From an uncultured Candidatus Saccharibacteria bacterium (GTDB taxonomy: Bacteria; Patescibacteriota; Minisyncoccia; Phycocordibacterales; Phycocordibacteraceae): a stretch of DNA of 64,000 bases. The translations under genes and the position numbers were made by a program. This document shows positions 27,261-36,356 of the stretch, one piece after another. The notes beneath the pieces are model-generated. The model worked only from the letters and a program-made list of their open reading frames with translations. It made no database searches and was not told the DNA's origin. The stretch is taken from assembly GCA_964593365.1 (NCBI GenBank), contig CAZQGQ010000001.1, forward strand, positions 50,153 through 114,152, in the 5' to 3' direction. Position 1 is the stretch's first letter; each line of letters starts with the position of its first letter.

Positions 27261-28730
27261 ATGCGTTCCTTGCGAGGAGTCTCACTAGTCGATGTTGTCG
27301 TTGGCTCGGCGCTCGTCCTTATTATTTTCGTCGGTCTCTTTGGTATATTGCGCGCGTCTCTTGAGATCGCGGGACTCGTGCGCGCGAAAGCTGCAGCAAC
27401 CGCAATCGCAAGCTCGCAGCTTGAGTACGTGCGATCCCTTTCCTACGCTTCAGTCGGGACCGTGGGTGGTATCCCGGCCGGCATCATCCCGCAGGTGACG
27501 AGCGTCCAGCAGGCAGGAACCGATTTCGTACTTCGTACCTTTGTTTCCTATGTCGACAGCCCCAAAGATGGAAGCGGGGCAGCCGACGTGAACCACATCA
27601 CCACCGACTATAAGGCGGTCAGAATAAACGTTTCCTACTATCTAAACGGATTCTCGCGAGAAGTCACTTTGCTTTCAACCGCGTCGCCTCCTGGCATCGA
27701 GACGACGACCGGGGGAGGAACCCTGCAGATCCGCACGGTCGATGCGCTTGGCGTTGCGGTCCCTGGCGCAACCGTTCGCATACAAAACTCGTCGACCACG
27801 CCCGCGATCGATCTCTCGGCGTTCTCCAATATCGACGGCACGGTTTTGCTTGGCGGAGCGCCAACCTCAACCCAATACCGCATCTTGGTCTCGAAGGACG
27901 GATATTCTTCCGCGCAGACGTATCTGAGAGATACGACAAACCAGAACCCGACGCCAGGGTATCTGACTGTCGCAGCCTCCCAGACGACGACAGGAACATT
28001 TGCCATTGATCGCCTCGCAACCTTACTTGTGCGCACCTTCGCTCCTATCGTTCCGGGAGCATTCACCGATTCCTTTGCAGATGCCACAAAGATTGATTCG
28101 CTCCAAAGCGTAACGGTTTCTGGAAGCCAGCTTGCGCTAACGCAGTCGGGCGAGCCGGCAGCGTACGCCCTTAACGGAAGCGCGCTCTCAACAACGGCTG
28201 CTCCCGCTTATCTTGCGACCTGGGTGAATGCAAGCTCAACACGCTCGACGCCAGCTGGCACCACGGCGAGGATCCACGTGGCAGATGGCAACGGAAATCT
28301 CCTTCCGGATGCGGTGCTCGCAGGCAATAGCACGGGTTTCACTGGCGTTATCAATCTTTCAGCAATTTCGACAACGACCTATCCTGCACTCTCCTTGCAG
28401 GCATCGCTTTCGACCACTAACCCGCTTGCGACCCCTGCGGTTTTGGATTGGGGTCTTGGTTACACCTATGGTCCTACTCCACTTCCGAACGTTTCATTCA
28501 CGCTTACCGGAGGGAAGACCATAGGCTCGACGGGAACGGGCGCTCCTATATATAAGACAGTGGTCGCAACCACAACCGACGAGACAGGAGTACGTGAGCT
28601 CTCGCTTGAATGGGATTCCTACCAGCTTCTCGTGCCAGGCCGCACGATACAGACGGCGACTCCAGAAGCGCCTTATGAGCTCCTGCCAGCCTCTGAAGTA
28701 GATGCATCCATTATCTTCACTACGCCATGA
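27261..28730 (+). CDS. Large pilin-like / pseudopilin protein with a class III-like signal peptide and a carboxypeptidase-regulatory-like beta domain
   Basis: N-terminus MRSLRG|VSLVDVVVGSALVLIIF resembles a prepilin leader but has D, not E, at +5. The rest is a Thr/Ser-rich beta-rich region. Confidence 0.5.
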   Translation: MRSLRGVSLVDVVVGSALVLIIFVGLFGILRASLEIAGLVRAKAAATAIASSQLEYVRSLSYASVGTVGGIPAGIIPQVTSVQQAGTDFVLRTFVSYVDSPKDGSGAADVNHITTDYKAVRINVSYYLNGFSREVTLLSTASPPGIETTTGGGTLQIRTVDALGVAVPGATVRIQNSSTTPAIDLSAFSNIDGTVLLGGAPTSTQYRILVSKDGYSSAQTYLRDTTNQNPTPGYLTVAASQTTTGTFAIDRLATLLVRTFAPIVPGAFTDSFADATKIDSLQSVTVSGSQLALTQSGEPAAYALNGSALSTTAAPAYLATWVNASSTRSTPAGTTARIHVADGNGNLLPDAVLAGNSTGFTGVINLSAISTTTYPALSLQASLSTTNPLATPAVLDWGLGYTYGPTPLPNVSFTLTGGKTIGSTGTGAPIYKTVVATTTDETGVRELSLEWDSYQLLVPGRTIQTATPEAPYELLPASEVDASIIFTTP

Positions 28731-29311
28731 GGGGCTTCACCTTAGTCGAGAGCATGGTCGTGGTAGCGCTGACGGCGCTCGTCACCGGAGCGCTCCTCTC
28801 TGCGATCCAGGTCTTTTACCGCGGGAACGCATACGTGTTCGAGTCAGCGGTCTCTGTCGATAGCGCTCGGCGCGGCCTCACGACAGCGCTCCAGAACCTC
28901 CGGGAAGCGTCCTATTCAGATGACGGAGCGTATCCGATTACCGCAGCGGCAACCTCGACCGTTACGTTCTATTCTGACGTTGACTCAGACGGCGGCATGG
29001 AGCGCGTACGCATCTTCATCCAGGACAATGTGCTCTACCGCGTGGTGACAAACTCGGCCGGCAATCCTCCGTCCTACGCGGGGCAAGCAGGAGCGACGAC
29101 TACGATTGTCGCTAACGTGCGTAACGGCACCACGACTCCCTTGTTCCGGTACTTCAACTCATCGGGCGTAGCGCTTGCGACGACTTCCCCTGACATTTCT
29201 CAGGTATCATCAGTAACAGCGACGCTTATGATCGACCTGAACCCCAACCGGGCGCCTAACGTCCTCACGCTCACCGGAAGCGCGACGCTTCGTAACCTTC
29301 GCGACAACTAA
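28727..29311 (+). CDS. Type IV pilin / pseudopilin (prepilin-type N-terminal cleavage/methylation domain)
   Basis: MRG|FTLVESMVVVALTALV, the canonical G-FTLVE motif. Confidence 0.7.
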   Translation: MRGFTLVESMVVVALTALVTGALLSAIQVFYRGNAYVFESAVSVDSARRGLTTALQNLREASYSDDGAYPITAAATSTVTFYSDVDSDGGMERVRIFIQDNVLYRVVTNSAGNPPSYAGQAGATTTIVANVRNGTTTPLFRYFNSSGVALATTSPDISQVSSVTATLMIDLNPNRAPNVLTLTGSATLRNLRDN

Positions 29312-29312
29312 T

Positions 29313-30743
29313 ATGAAACGTCTCCCACCGCGCGGCTACCTCATGATCCTGGCACTCGTGTTTGGCGCAGTGTTCATGACCGTGTTTGGCGGCCTCTCGC
29401 TCTTCGTTCTCTCTGAGAACAGGCTCCAGACGCAGACTGAGGAATCGACCGAAGCGTTCTCGCTCGCAGAAGCCGGCTTAGAGTACTACCGCTGGTTCTT
29501 GTCTCACTACCCTAATGACATGCGAAACGGAACAGGGCAGCCCGGTCCGTATGTGGTCTCGTACTCTGATCCGCAAGCAGGGCTCGCAGGGACCGCGACG
29601 CTCACGATCAATGGCAACCTTGCCTGCGGGCAGCTCACTTCAGTTGATATACAGTCGACGGGGACTCCGGCAGACGCGCCAGGCGTTACACGCACGCTTC
29701 GCGCGCGCTACGCTCGGCCATCAGTTGGCACATACTCCTACATCTTGAATGACTCGGTATGGGCTGGAGCTGACCGCGTGATCTTAGGTCCGTATCACTC
29801 AAACGGGGGTGTGCGCATGGACGGCACTGCAAACTCTTCAGTGACAAGTTCTCTTTCCTCTTGGAACTGCAATAGCGATTACGGCTGCTCTCCTACTCAG
29901 GCGAATGCGCACGGCGTCGTTGGGAACGGGCCAAATCAAGATTTGTGGGACTATCCGGTTCCGCAGGTGAACTTCGGCGGCATCAGTGCTGACTTTGGCA
30001 CGCTAAAGACGCTCGCTAATGCAAGCGGAATCTATTTGCCGCGCTTCAGTTCAGGAACGAATACCACTAACGAGCAGTACTGGCGCGGGTATCGGCTCGT
30101 GTTTAACGCAAACGGGACCGTAACTATTTATCGCGTTGATGATCTGACCAGCCAGACGGTAACGCCCATTAATACACAGTCTGGCACTGTCGACTGGGCG
30201 CTCATCGCTGACGATGACTCGTACCAGACACGCACTATTTCTGCGACCTGTGGCCTTATCTTCGTCGAAGACAACGTATGGGTGGAGGGCACGATTCCCT
30301 CGAAGGTGACTCTGGTTGCGGCTAACATCGTGAACGCAAACATTGCGCCTAACGCCTATCTTTCAAACAACATCCGTTATGGGGCGACCGATGGTACGGA
30401 CGGCTTCACGCTCATCGCAGAAAACAACATCCTCATCGTCCCTAACTCCCCGACCAACATGACGTTGAACGGCATCTTCATCGCGCAGGGCGGAGCGTTT
30501 GGCAGAAACTATTACGGCATGCCAGGCACGTATGAGCCCAAAGGAACGCTCACGATCCTCGGGACGACCGTTTCAAACAGACGCACGGGAACTAAGTGGT
30601 GCTTGAATTCCCCGACCTGTACCTCAAATGCAGGCTATCAGTCGCGCATCGATTCCTATGACCGACGTATCGCAAGTGATCCGCCGCCGTTTACGCCGGT
30701 AGTTTCAACCGATTACCAGTTCGTGGATTGGAAGGAGGAATAG
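29313..30743 (+). CDS. PilX-like minor pilin / pilus-associated protein
   Basis: N-terminus MKRLPPRGYLMILALVFGAVFMTVFGGLSLFVLSENRLQ resembles a PilX_N domain. 476 aa, Thr/Asn/Gly-rich. Confidence 0.5.
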   Translation: MKRLPPRGYLMILALVFGAVFMTVFGGLSLFVLSENRLQTQTEESTEAFSLAEAGLEYYRWFLSHYPNDMRNGTGQPGPYVVSYSDPQAGLAGTATLTINGNLACGQLTSVDIQSTGTPADAPGVTRTLRARYARPSVGTYSYILNDSVWAGADRVILGPYHSNGGVRMDGTANSSVTSSLSSWNCNSDYGCSPTQANAHGVVGNGPNQDLWDYPVPQVNFGGISADFGTLKTLANASGIYLPRFSSGTNTTNEQYWRGYRLVFNANGTVTIYRVDDLTSQTVTPINTQSGTVDWALIADDDSYQTRTISATCGLIFVEDNVWVEGTIPSKVTLVAANIVNANIAPNAYLSNNIRYGATDGTDGFTLIAENNILIVPNSPTNMTLNGIFIAQGGAFGRNYYGMPGTYEPKGTLTILGTTVSNRRTGTKWCLNSPTCTSNAGYQSRIDSYDRRIASDPPPFTPVVSTDYQFVDWKEE

Positions 30744-30748
30744 CAACT

Positions 30749-31276
30749 TTATGAAGCAGCCGTTTTTTGTGTCGGTAGAACAAAGATTGCATATACACAA
30801 ACCAACGCAGAGAGGATTTGTAATCCTGCGAATATGTATTGATCGTGGAAGAAAGAAGCGTAAGAGGTTGCGACGTGTGCAATGGTAAATAGTAGCCAAC
30901 CGTACGTCTTGTGCGTTGTGCTAAGCAAGTAGCCACCCCAAATAAAAGAAAGGGACGAAATTGCTTCGATGAACGTGAGATATCCAGTAAAGAAGAAGTA
31001 GCAGAGCAAAACTGTGAGTGCGCTCATTACAAGATTGATATGTAGCATTCTTTCTTTCGATGGATTCACGTGGCGAACATAGCCATAGAGCATAACGATG
31101 AAGAAGCCTAATTCAGCAATGGCCAAGATCTTCAGGTCAATTGCCCAAAAGTAAAAACCACTAAGCAACCCAATTGCCATTCCAGATGCCCATCCAGATT
31201 TTTTCCCAAGGAACAAGAGAACCTTGTTTACTACGCTTAAGAGTCCTAGGAATATGGATACGGCGAGCAATATCAT
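30749..31276 (-). CDS. Integral membrane protein (6 TM helices; possibly a PnuC-like transporter)
   Basis: 175 aa, entirely hydrophobic helices. The family assignment is tentative. Confidence 0.45.
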   Translation of the reverse strand: MILLAVSIFLGLLSVVNKVLLFLGKKSGWASGMAIGLLSGFYFWAIDLKILAIAELGFFIVMLYGYVRHVNPSKERMLHINLVMSALTVLLCYFFFTGYLTFIEAISSLSFIWGGYLLSTTHKTYGWLLFTIAHVATSYASFFHDQYIFAGLQILSALVCVYAIFVLPTQKTAAS

Positions 31277-31294
31277 ATACGCAATCTTACAACA

Positions 31295-32113
31295 CTATGG
31301 ATAGGTTAGTTTTCCCTCTCCTTTGTTTTCCGGAAGTGTACTGTCGATATAACGGAAGAGAGCCTTAATTGTCTCTGCGATTTTCTTGTCAGTTACAATC
31401 ATCGCCCACGGATGGTCTTCAGCGAACGAAATAATAAGAGCTTTATCGTCGTAAGCTGCGAGCTCGATATCAAAATCGAATTCTTTTGGCAAGAATTTAG
31501 TTACACGCAATTGCTGGTCATCAAATTTAGTCATCTCGCGTGACTTAGGACTATCAACTGCAAGTGCGAGCCATTTTATCCCTGCGGCAGGGCGTTTCTT
31601 TAAAATGTAATCAATCCAGTCCATCCCCATGAGGTTGTAGATTGCGTGGATACCAGTGAAACCATAAACAACTTTTTCTTTGTTGTCGTGTACCAGATCT
31701 TCGTACGCTTGTTTGATACCCTCAGCACCGTCAAAGAATTCAAAGTGAGGTCGATAACGTTCTTCTGTATTCCGGAGACGAGCAATCTCAGGTACTACTT
31801 CTGAGACGCGCTTGATGTTTCGGAGAAGTCGTTCTTGCGCACGTTCAAGATAGTCAACCAAAAGGTGTGGTTGTATAGATTGAAAAAGGAGCACTCCGCG
31901 TTCTTCGGAAGAAGTCACGAGACCTTTCTCAATAAGTGACTTTAAGATTCCGTAAAGCGTTGTGCGGTTGAAGTGAGTACGTTTTGCGATGTCGGTTGCA
32001 CGGAGGCCGGAACTTTGTCTTAAAAGAAACACAAAAACTTTAATCTCAGTATCGGAAAGCCCGCTATCCTTCAGGGTCTCAACAAGTGTCTGATCAATTT
32101 TCTCTCGAGTCAT
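31295..32113 (-). CDS. TrmB/MarR-like wHTH transcriptional regulator. Cassette 2 regulator.
   Basis: N-terminus LKDSGLSDTEIKVFVFLLRQSSGLRATDIAKRTHFNRTTLYGILKSLIEKGLV. C-terminal domain with the FFDGAEGIKQAYEDLV motif shared with paralogs. Confidence 0.7.
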   Translation of the reverse strand: MTREKIDQTLVETLKDSGLSDTEIKVFVFLLRQSSGLRATDIAKRTHFNRTTLYGILKSLIEKGLVTSSEERGVLLFQSIQPHLLVDYLERAQERLLRNIKRVSEVVPEIARLRNTEERYRPHFEFFDGAEGIKQAYEDLVHDNKEKVVYGFTGIHAIYNLMGMDWIDYILKKRPAAGIKWLALAVDSPKSREMTKFDDQQLRVTKFLPKEFDFDIELAAYDDKALIISFAEDHPWAMIVTDKKIAETIKALFRYIDSTLPENKGEGKLTYP

Positions 32114-32120
32114 AATAACT

Positions 32121-32143
32121 GTTGTCGGAATTTATCAACAATA
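32121..32143. promoter_or_regulatory. Putative operator half-sites (TTGTCGGAA ... ATCAACAA), with a second TTTTGTCGGATAAT at 32207-32220
   Basis: Repeated TTGTCGGA in the divergent intergenic region. TATAAT at about 32201-32206 lies just upstream of the SBP start. Confidence 0.35.
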
Positions 32144-32220
32144 ATACCCTTCTGCTTGACAAAGAACAAGTAGGGAACATACTTTCGTCCAAGTGCGCAT
32201 TTATAATTTTGTCGGATAAT

Positions 32221-33348
32221 ATGAACAAAAATTGGCTGATCTCGGCAGTTGTACTTGTTGTTGTGATTATCGGCGGTTGGCTTCTGTTAAAAGAAGGTAA
32301 CCAGGGCACATCAGAAACGGGCCCAATTAAGATTGGTGTTTCGGTTCCGCTTACGGGCGAAGCGGCGAGTTATGGAGAGGCTGGACGTGCTGGTCTGATG
32401 TTGGCTTTAAAAGAAATAAATGATGCTGGCGGTATTGATGGGCGTTCCGTTGAACTAATTATTGAAGACGATAAATGTAGTTCTGCGAGCGTTAGTGCAT
32501 ATCAGAAACTTATCAACGTAGACAAGGTGGTCGCCATTATTGGGCCAGTGTGTTCTCCGGCTGCAGGACCAGCTAACCCTATCGCACGTGAGGCAGGGGT
32601 TCCAAGTATTATGATTGGCGCTTCGGCTCCGGGTCTTGCTGGAGGGGACGACTCTGTTTTCAGCGGATATGCGTCAGACGCTCTTCAGGGACAGTTCGTT
32701 GCAGAGTACGTATACAACACTCTCGAGAAAAGAAACGTTGCTGTCATGTATGAAAACAACGACTGGGGCAAGGGCATCCAGGAAGTCTTCACTAAGCGCT
32801 TCAAGGAACTCGGTGGCACCATCGTGTTTATCGAAGGGGCAGCTCAAGGTTCAAAGGACGTTAAGTCTATTCTCGCGAAAGTTAAAGCAGCCAATCCAGA
32901 CATGATCTACATGCCTGCGTTCCCTGCACTTGCTACGATCGCTATGAAGCAGATGAAAGAGCTTGAAATTACCGCCCCTGTGATCGGTGGTGATGCCTTT
33001 GAATCTGAAGAATTCTTGACTTCGGGTTTTGCTGACGGTGTCATGTATATCACTGGCGCCGTGGGTAACCCGGATGACTTCCAGGCAAAGGTTAAGGCGG
33101 TATCAGGAGACGACGCGATTATAAACATCGTCACCCCTCTTGGTTACGATGCGCTTAAAATACTCGCGAAGGTTATCGACGAGCGCGGAAGTACAAAGCC
33201 AGAAAGCATAATTGCAGGCCTAAAAGCACTCAGCTACACGGAAGGAATTTCATTTCCAATGATTAGCTTTGATGCTAATGGCGATCTTAGGGAAGCAGCA
33301 TACGATGTGAAAATCGTTCGTGGGACTGAATCCGAAATCGTTAAATAA
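32221..33348 (+). CDS. PBP1/LivJ-family ABC substrate-binding protein, membrane-anchored. Cassette 2 SBP.
   Basis: I prefer the ATG at 32221 (MNKNWLISAVVLVVVIIGGWLLL...IKIGVSVPLTGEAASYGEAG...GGIDGRSVELIIEDDKC). The track ORF starts at 32122. Confidence 0.8.
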   Translation: MNKNWLISAVVLVVVIIGGWLLLKEGNQGTSETGPIKIGVSVPLTGEAASYGEAGRAGLMLALKEINDAGGIDGRSVELIIEDDKCSSASVSAYQKLINVDKVVAIIGPVCSPAAGPANPIAREAGVPSIMIGASAPGLAGGDDSVFSGYASDALQGQFVAEYVYNTLEKRNVAVMYENNDWGKGIQEVFTKRFKELGGTIVFIEGAAQGSKDVKSILAKVKAANPDMIYMPAFPALATIAMKQMKELEITAPVIGGDAFESEEFLTSGFADGVMYITGAVGNPDDFQAKVKAVSGDDAIINIVTPLGYDALKILAKVIDERGSTKPESIIAGLKALSYTEGISFPMISFDANGDLREAAYDVKIVRGTESEIVK

Positions 33349-33361
33349 AAGGAGAAATAGC

Positions 33362-33397
33362 AAAACCGGCCGCTACTGTGCGGCCGGTTTTGCTTTG
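33362..33397. terminator. Bidirectional terminator between SBP2 and regulator 3
   Basis: AAAACCGGCCGC-actgt-GCGGCCGGTTTTGCTTTG. Confidence 0.65.
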
Positions 33398-34206
33398 TAG
33401 TTTTCGGTCCCAAGTTCTTGGGCTCCCTTCCATGCAAGATCAAAGATGATTCGCATCATACGATGCAAGGACTTGTCTTCGATGATAAACCCCGAAGGGT
33501 GGCGAGGATTAAGATTTGTAATAAGCATCTTGCTGTCGCCATAGATAATAATCTCTCCCTCAAGCGGAAAATCTTTTGGCGGGAGATAACGTACTTTAGG
33601 TTTAAAACGTGAAGGAACATCCGAATGCACATCTTCAACAACTACCCGCGATTCTTCCGTTGCGGGAAGTATCCCACGAACCGTTATTCCTATCTCAACC
33701 TTACGTTTGCGAAATTTCCGATAGTATTTCTCATCAAGAAATTCGAGAATGTTTGCTGAGTTAGCGATACTAAGTAATTCGTAAGGCTTATCACCTGCGA
33801 CTAAATCGTCGTAAACCGATAGTACCCCCTCTGCTCCTTCAAAATATAGCAACCGCGGTTTATTAGTGTGGTCGGCAAAGTATCCTTGGAGTTCAGGTAA
33901 CAGACTCTGTACTTGCTCCACCGCATCATTTGCGTTTGCCGCATTTCGCTCTGCAAGACGGAGAAGTTTTTTAGGGTTATCAATCTGATAATAAATCTTC
34001 TTTCCGCGTTCAATCTCGTTTACGAGCCCTTTTACACTTAGGTCTGTAAGGATCTTGTAGACCGTACTTCGATTAACACGTGTCTCAGTAGCTATATCAG
34101 AGGGATATGCCCCTCCCATCTCTAGAAGGTAGGAATAAATTATTGACGCTTTCTGTGAAAGCCCGGTTTCCTGGAGGTTGGCTACAATCCGTTTAGCAAG
34201 TTCCAT
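33373..34206 (-). CDS. TrmB/MarR-like wHTH regulator. Cassette 3 regulator.
   Basis: LQETGLSQKASIIYSYLLEMGGAYPSDIATETRVNRSTVYKILTDLSVKGLV; YFEGAEGVLSVYDDLV. Confidence 0.7.
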   Translation of the reverse strand: MELAKRIVANLQETGLSQKASIIYSYLLEMGGAYPSDIATETRVNRSTVYKILTDLSVKGLVNEIERGKKIYYQIDNPKKLLRLAERNAANANDAVEQVQSLLPELQGYFADHTNKPRLLYFEGAEGVLSVYDDLVAGDKPYELLSIANSANILEFLDEKYYRKFRKRKVEIGITVRGILPATEESRVVVEDVHSDVPSRFKPKVRYLPPKDFPLEGEIIIYGDSKMLITNLNPRHPSGFIIEDKSLHRMMRIIFDLAWKGAQELGTENYKAKPAAQ

Positions 34207-34324
34207 AACGTTTAGAGAAGTGTATCATTATTTGTCACTTCATACGAACAAAATTAATATCAAGCTTAAAAGAGAGCCTACATTAAGCATATTTGTGTTA
34301 TTTGAAGGTAGCAAACGCGTACAC

Positions 34325-34347
34325 CATTTGACACATATGTGTAAATG
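34325..34347. promoter_or_regulatory. Imperfect palindrome CATTTGACACATATGTGTAAATG immediately upstream of the SBP3 start codon (putative operator)
   Basis: Symmetric about CATATG and 8 nt upstream of the ATG at 34356. A second TTTGTCAC...GAACAAA element lies at 34229-34254. Confidence 0.4.
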
Positions 34348-34355
34348 TCCGGTAT

Positions 34356-35456
34356 ATGAAAACAAACACACTGCTTGTTATAGGGGTCTTGATTGTCGTG
34401 GTTGTGGGCGGCTGGTTCGTTCTTAACGAAAAGGATGGATCAGAACAATCTGAAACCGTTAAAATCGGCCTTATTCTTCCTCTAACCGGGGATCTTGCTC
34501 ACTTCGGAGAGGCGGGACAACGGGCTGCCTCTCTCGCTATTGAGGAAATCAATGCAAACACAGGATTCAGCTATAACTATGAACTTGTAATCGAAGATGA
34601 CTCATTCGATGCAAGAAAAACAGCAAGTGCACTCAATAAGCTAATCAGTGTTGATAGAGTAGATGCGGTTGTCAGTGTTGGTTCCGGCCCAGGCAACGTG
34701 GTAGCCCCCATTGTTGAGAAGAATAAAATCCCCCATATTGGTCTTGCGTCTGATCCTGTTGTTTCGGATGGGGAATACAACTTCATCCATTGGACTCGAC
34801 CTCAAGAAGAAGTAGACACCATGCTTACTGAACTTAAGGAGCGTGGTCTAACCCAGGTTGCAGTTATGGGTGTCAATCACCAAGGCTTTCAAGCGATAAC
34901 AGATGACTTCAAGGCAAAGGCGTCTAAAGCTGGAATTACGATAGTAAGCGATCAACTCTTTAACACGGGTGAGACTGACTTTAAAACAGTCATCGTAAAC
35001 TCACAGCGCACCAACCCAGACGTCTATCTTCTTGGAGCGTTTAGTCCTGAAGTCGAAATCCTCGCAAAGCAAATGAAAGAGCTTGGCATAACCAAACCAC
35101 TAACCTCAATTGAATCGTTTGGACTTAGTGCAACACCAGAAGTGTTTGAAGGGCACTGGTTTATTGATTCCGCCGTTGTCACTGGGGGATTCAGCGATAA
35201 GTATCGTGCAAAATACAATGCCGCCGTCGGTCCTACTGCTGCCAACATCTATGACGCGCTTAATCTAATAGTGCTCGCTACGGAGGAAGCAGGTAAAGAT
35301 AATCGCCCAACCGGGACTGACATTGCTGTTGCTCTTGGAAAAGTAAAAGGATATTCAGGCGCATTTGGTCCTCTTTCTGTTAGTCCAGAGGGACAGTTCA
35401 TCTCACAGCCTTCAGTAAAGATAATTAGCAACGGGAAACCGACGGAGGTTGAGTAA
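34356..35456 (+). CDS. PBP1/LivJ-family substrate-binding protein, membrane-anchored. Cassette 3 SBP.
   Basis: MKTNTLLVIGVLIVVVVGGWFVL...VKIGLILPLTGDLAHFGEAG. Confidence 0.8.
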   Translation: MKTNTLLVIGVLIVVVVGGWFVLNEKDGSEQSETVKIGLILPLTGDLAHFGEAGQRAASLAIEEINANTGFSYNYELVIEDDSFDARKTASALNKLISVDRVDAVVSVGSGPGNVVAPIVEKNKIPHIGLASDPVVSDGEYNFIHWTRPQEEVDTMLTELKERGLTQVAVMGVNHQGFQAITDDFKAKASKAGITIVSDQLFNTGETDFKTVIVNSQRTNPDVYLLGAFSPEVEILAKQMKELGITKPLTSIESFGLSATPEVFEGHWFIDSAVVTGGFSDKYRAKYNAAVGPTAANIYDALNLIVLATEEAGKDNRPTGTDIAVALGKVKGYSGAFGPLSVSPEGQFISQPSVKIISNGKPTEVE

Positions 35457-35468
35457 AAGTGAATTCCG

Positions 35469-35503
35469 AAACCGCCCGCATATGCGGGCGGTTTTCTTAT
35501 TTA
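35469..35503. terminator. Bidirectional terminator
   Basis: AAACCGCCCGC-atat-GCGGGCGGTTTTCTTATTT. Confidence 0.65.
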
Positions 35504-36255
35504 GAGACACTCTTTTTTTCCGAAGGAAGTGTTTCCCAAATCACCTTGAACCATGTTCGGAAACTGTCAGCGATGTTTTGGTTCACAATGACCGTATAGG
35601 TTGCAGATTCATCTATTACGCCCGGTTCGATATTGGAGAAGATAATAATGCGGTCTTTGAGAATCTCAACGGCAGAGTTAGTTGATCGAGAAGATGGGAA
35701 GAACTTATTGTCAGACATATCGAGTACGGAGGGAACTGCGGCTCTGGCCTCGTGGTCGAAGATGGCGTAGAAAGTTATGTTCTTCCGTCGAACTTCTTTT
35801 ACAAATTGATCATAGAAGGACGCAATTCGTTTATCTCCCCATGCGCCCTTGGCTCCAAGGGTGTGGACGTCTTCACCTGCGCGCAAAATCTCGCGCATGT
35901 AATTCTTCCAACCTTCAAGTCCGCGATACACATATGTCGCATCTGTTTTGTTTATCACACGGTACTTTGCCTCAAGGTCAGGCATGATCTTCTCAAGAGC
36001 AGTCTCCTTCTCTTTGATGAGCTCCATCAGTTTCTTGGGATCAACCGCCTGGTAACGGTTCTCACCCGTCTGAAGTATTTCAAAAACCACACCCTTCTCT
36101 ATAAGGCGATTCAGAGAGTCATAAACGTTTCTGCGGTTTACCCCTGAATGGACCGCAATCTTACTTACCGACATCTCTCCTTCAGAGAGAAGGGATTCGT
36201 AGATTCGTGCCTCGTTTTTGGAGAAGTTGAGCTGGGTGAGAACGTCAGTAAACAT
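35497..36255 (-). CDS. TrmB/MarR-like wHTH regulator. Cassette 4 regulator.
   Basis: I prefer the ATG at 36255 (MFTDVLTQLNFSKNEARIYESLLSEGEMSVSKIAVHSGVNRRNVYDSLNRLIEKGVV). It aligns with the paralog at 45272. YVYRGLEGWKNYMREIL motif. Confidence 0.7.
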   Translation of the reverse strand: MFTDVLTQLNFSKNEARIYESLLSEGEMSVSKIAVHSGVNRRNVYDSLNRLIEKGVVFEILQTGENRYQAVDPKKLMELIKEKETALEKIMPDLEAKYRVINKTDATYVYRGLEGWKNYMREILRAGEDVHTLGAKGAWGDKRIASFYDQFVKEVRRKNITFYAIFDHEARAAVPSVLDMSDNKFFPSSRSTNSAVEILKDRIIIFSNIEPGVIDESATYTVIVNQNIADSFRTWFKVIWETLPSEKKSVSK

Positions 36256-36356
36256 TGAGGTGTAGATTATCACCATATGGCCATATATGCCACTCATGAG
36301 TAATAACTTACGCTTCCCCGGCATTGGCAGTTACTAAACCCCTGCCAGTAAAACGT

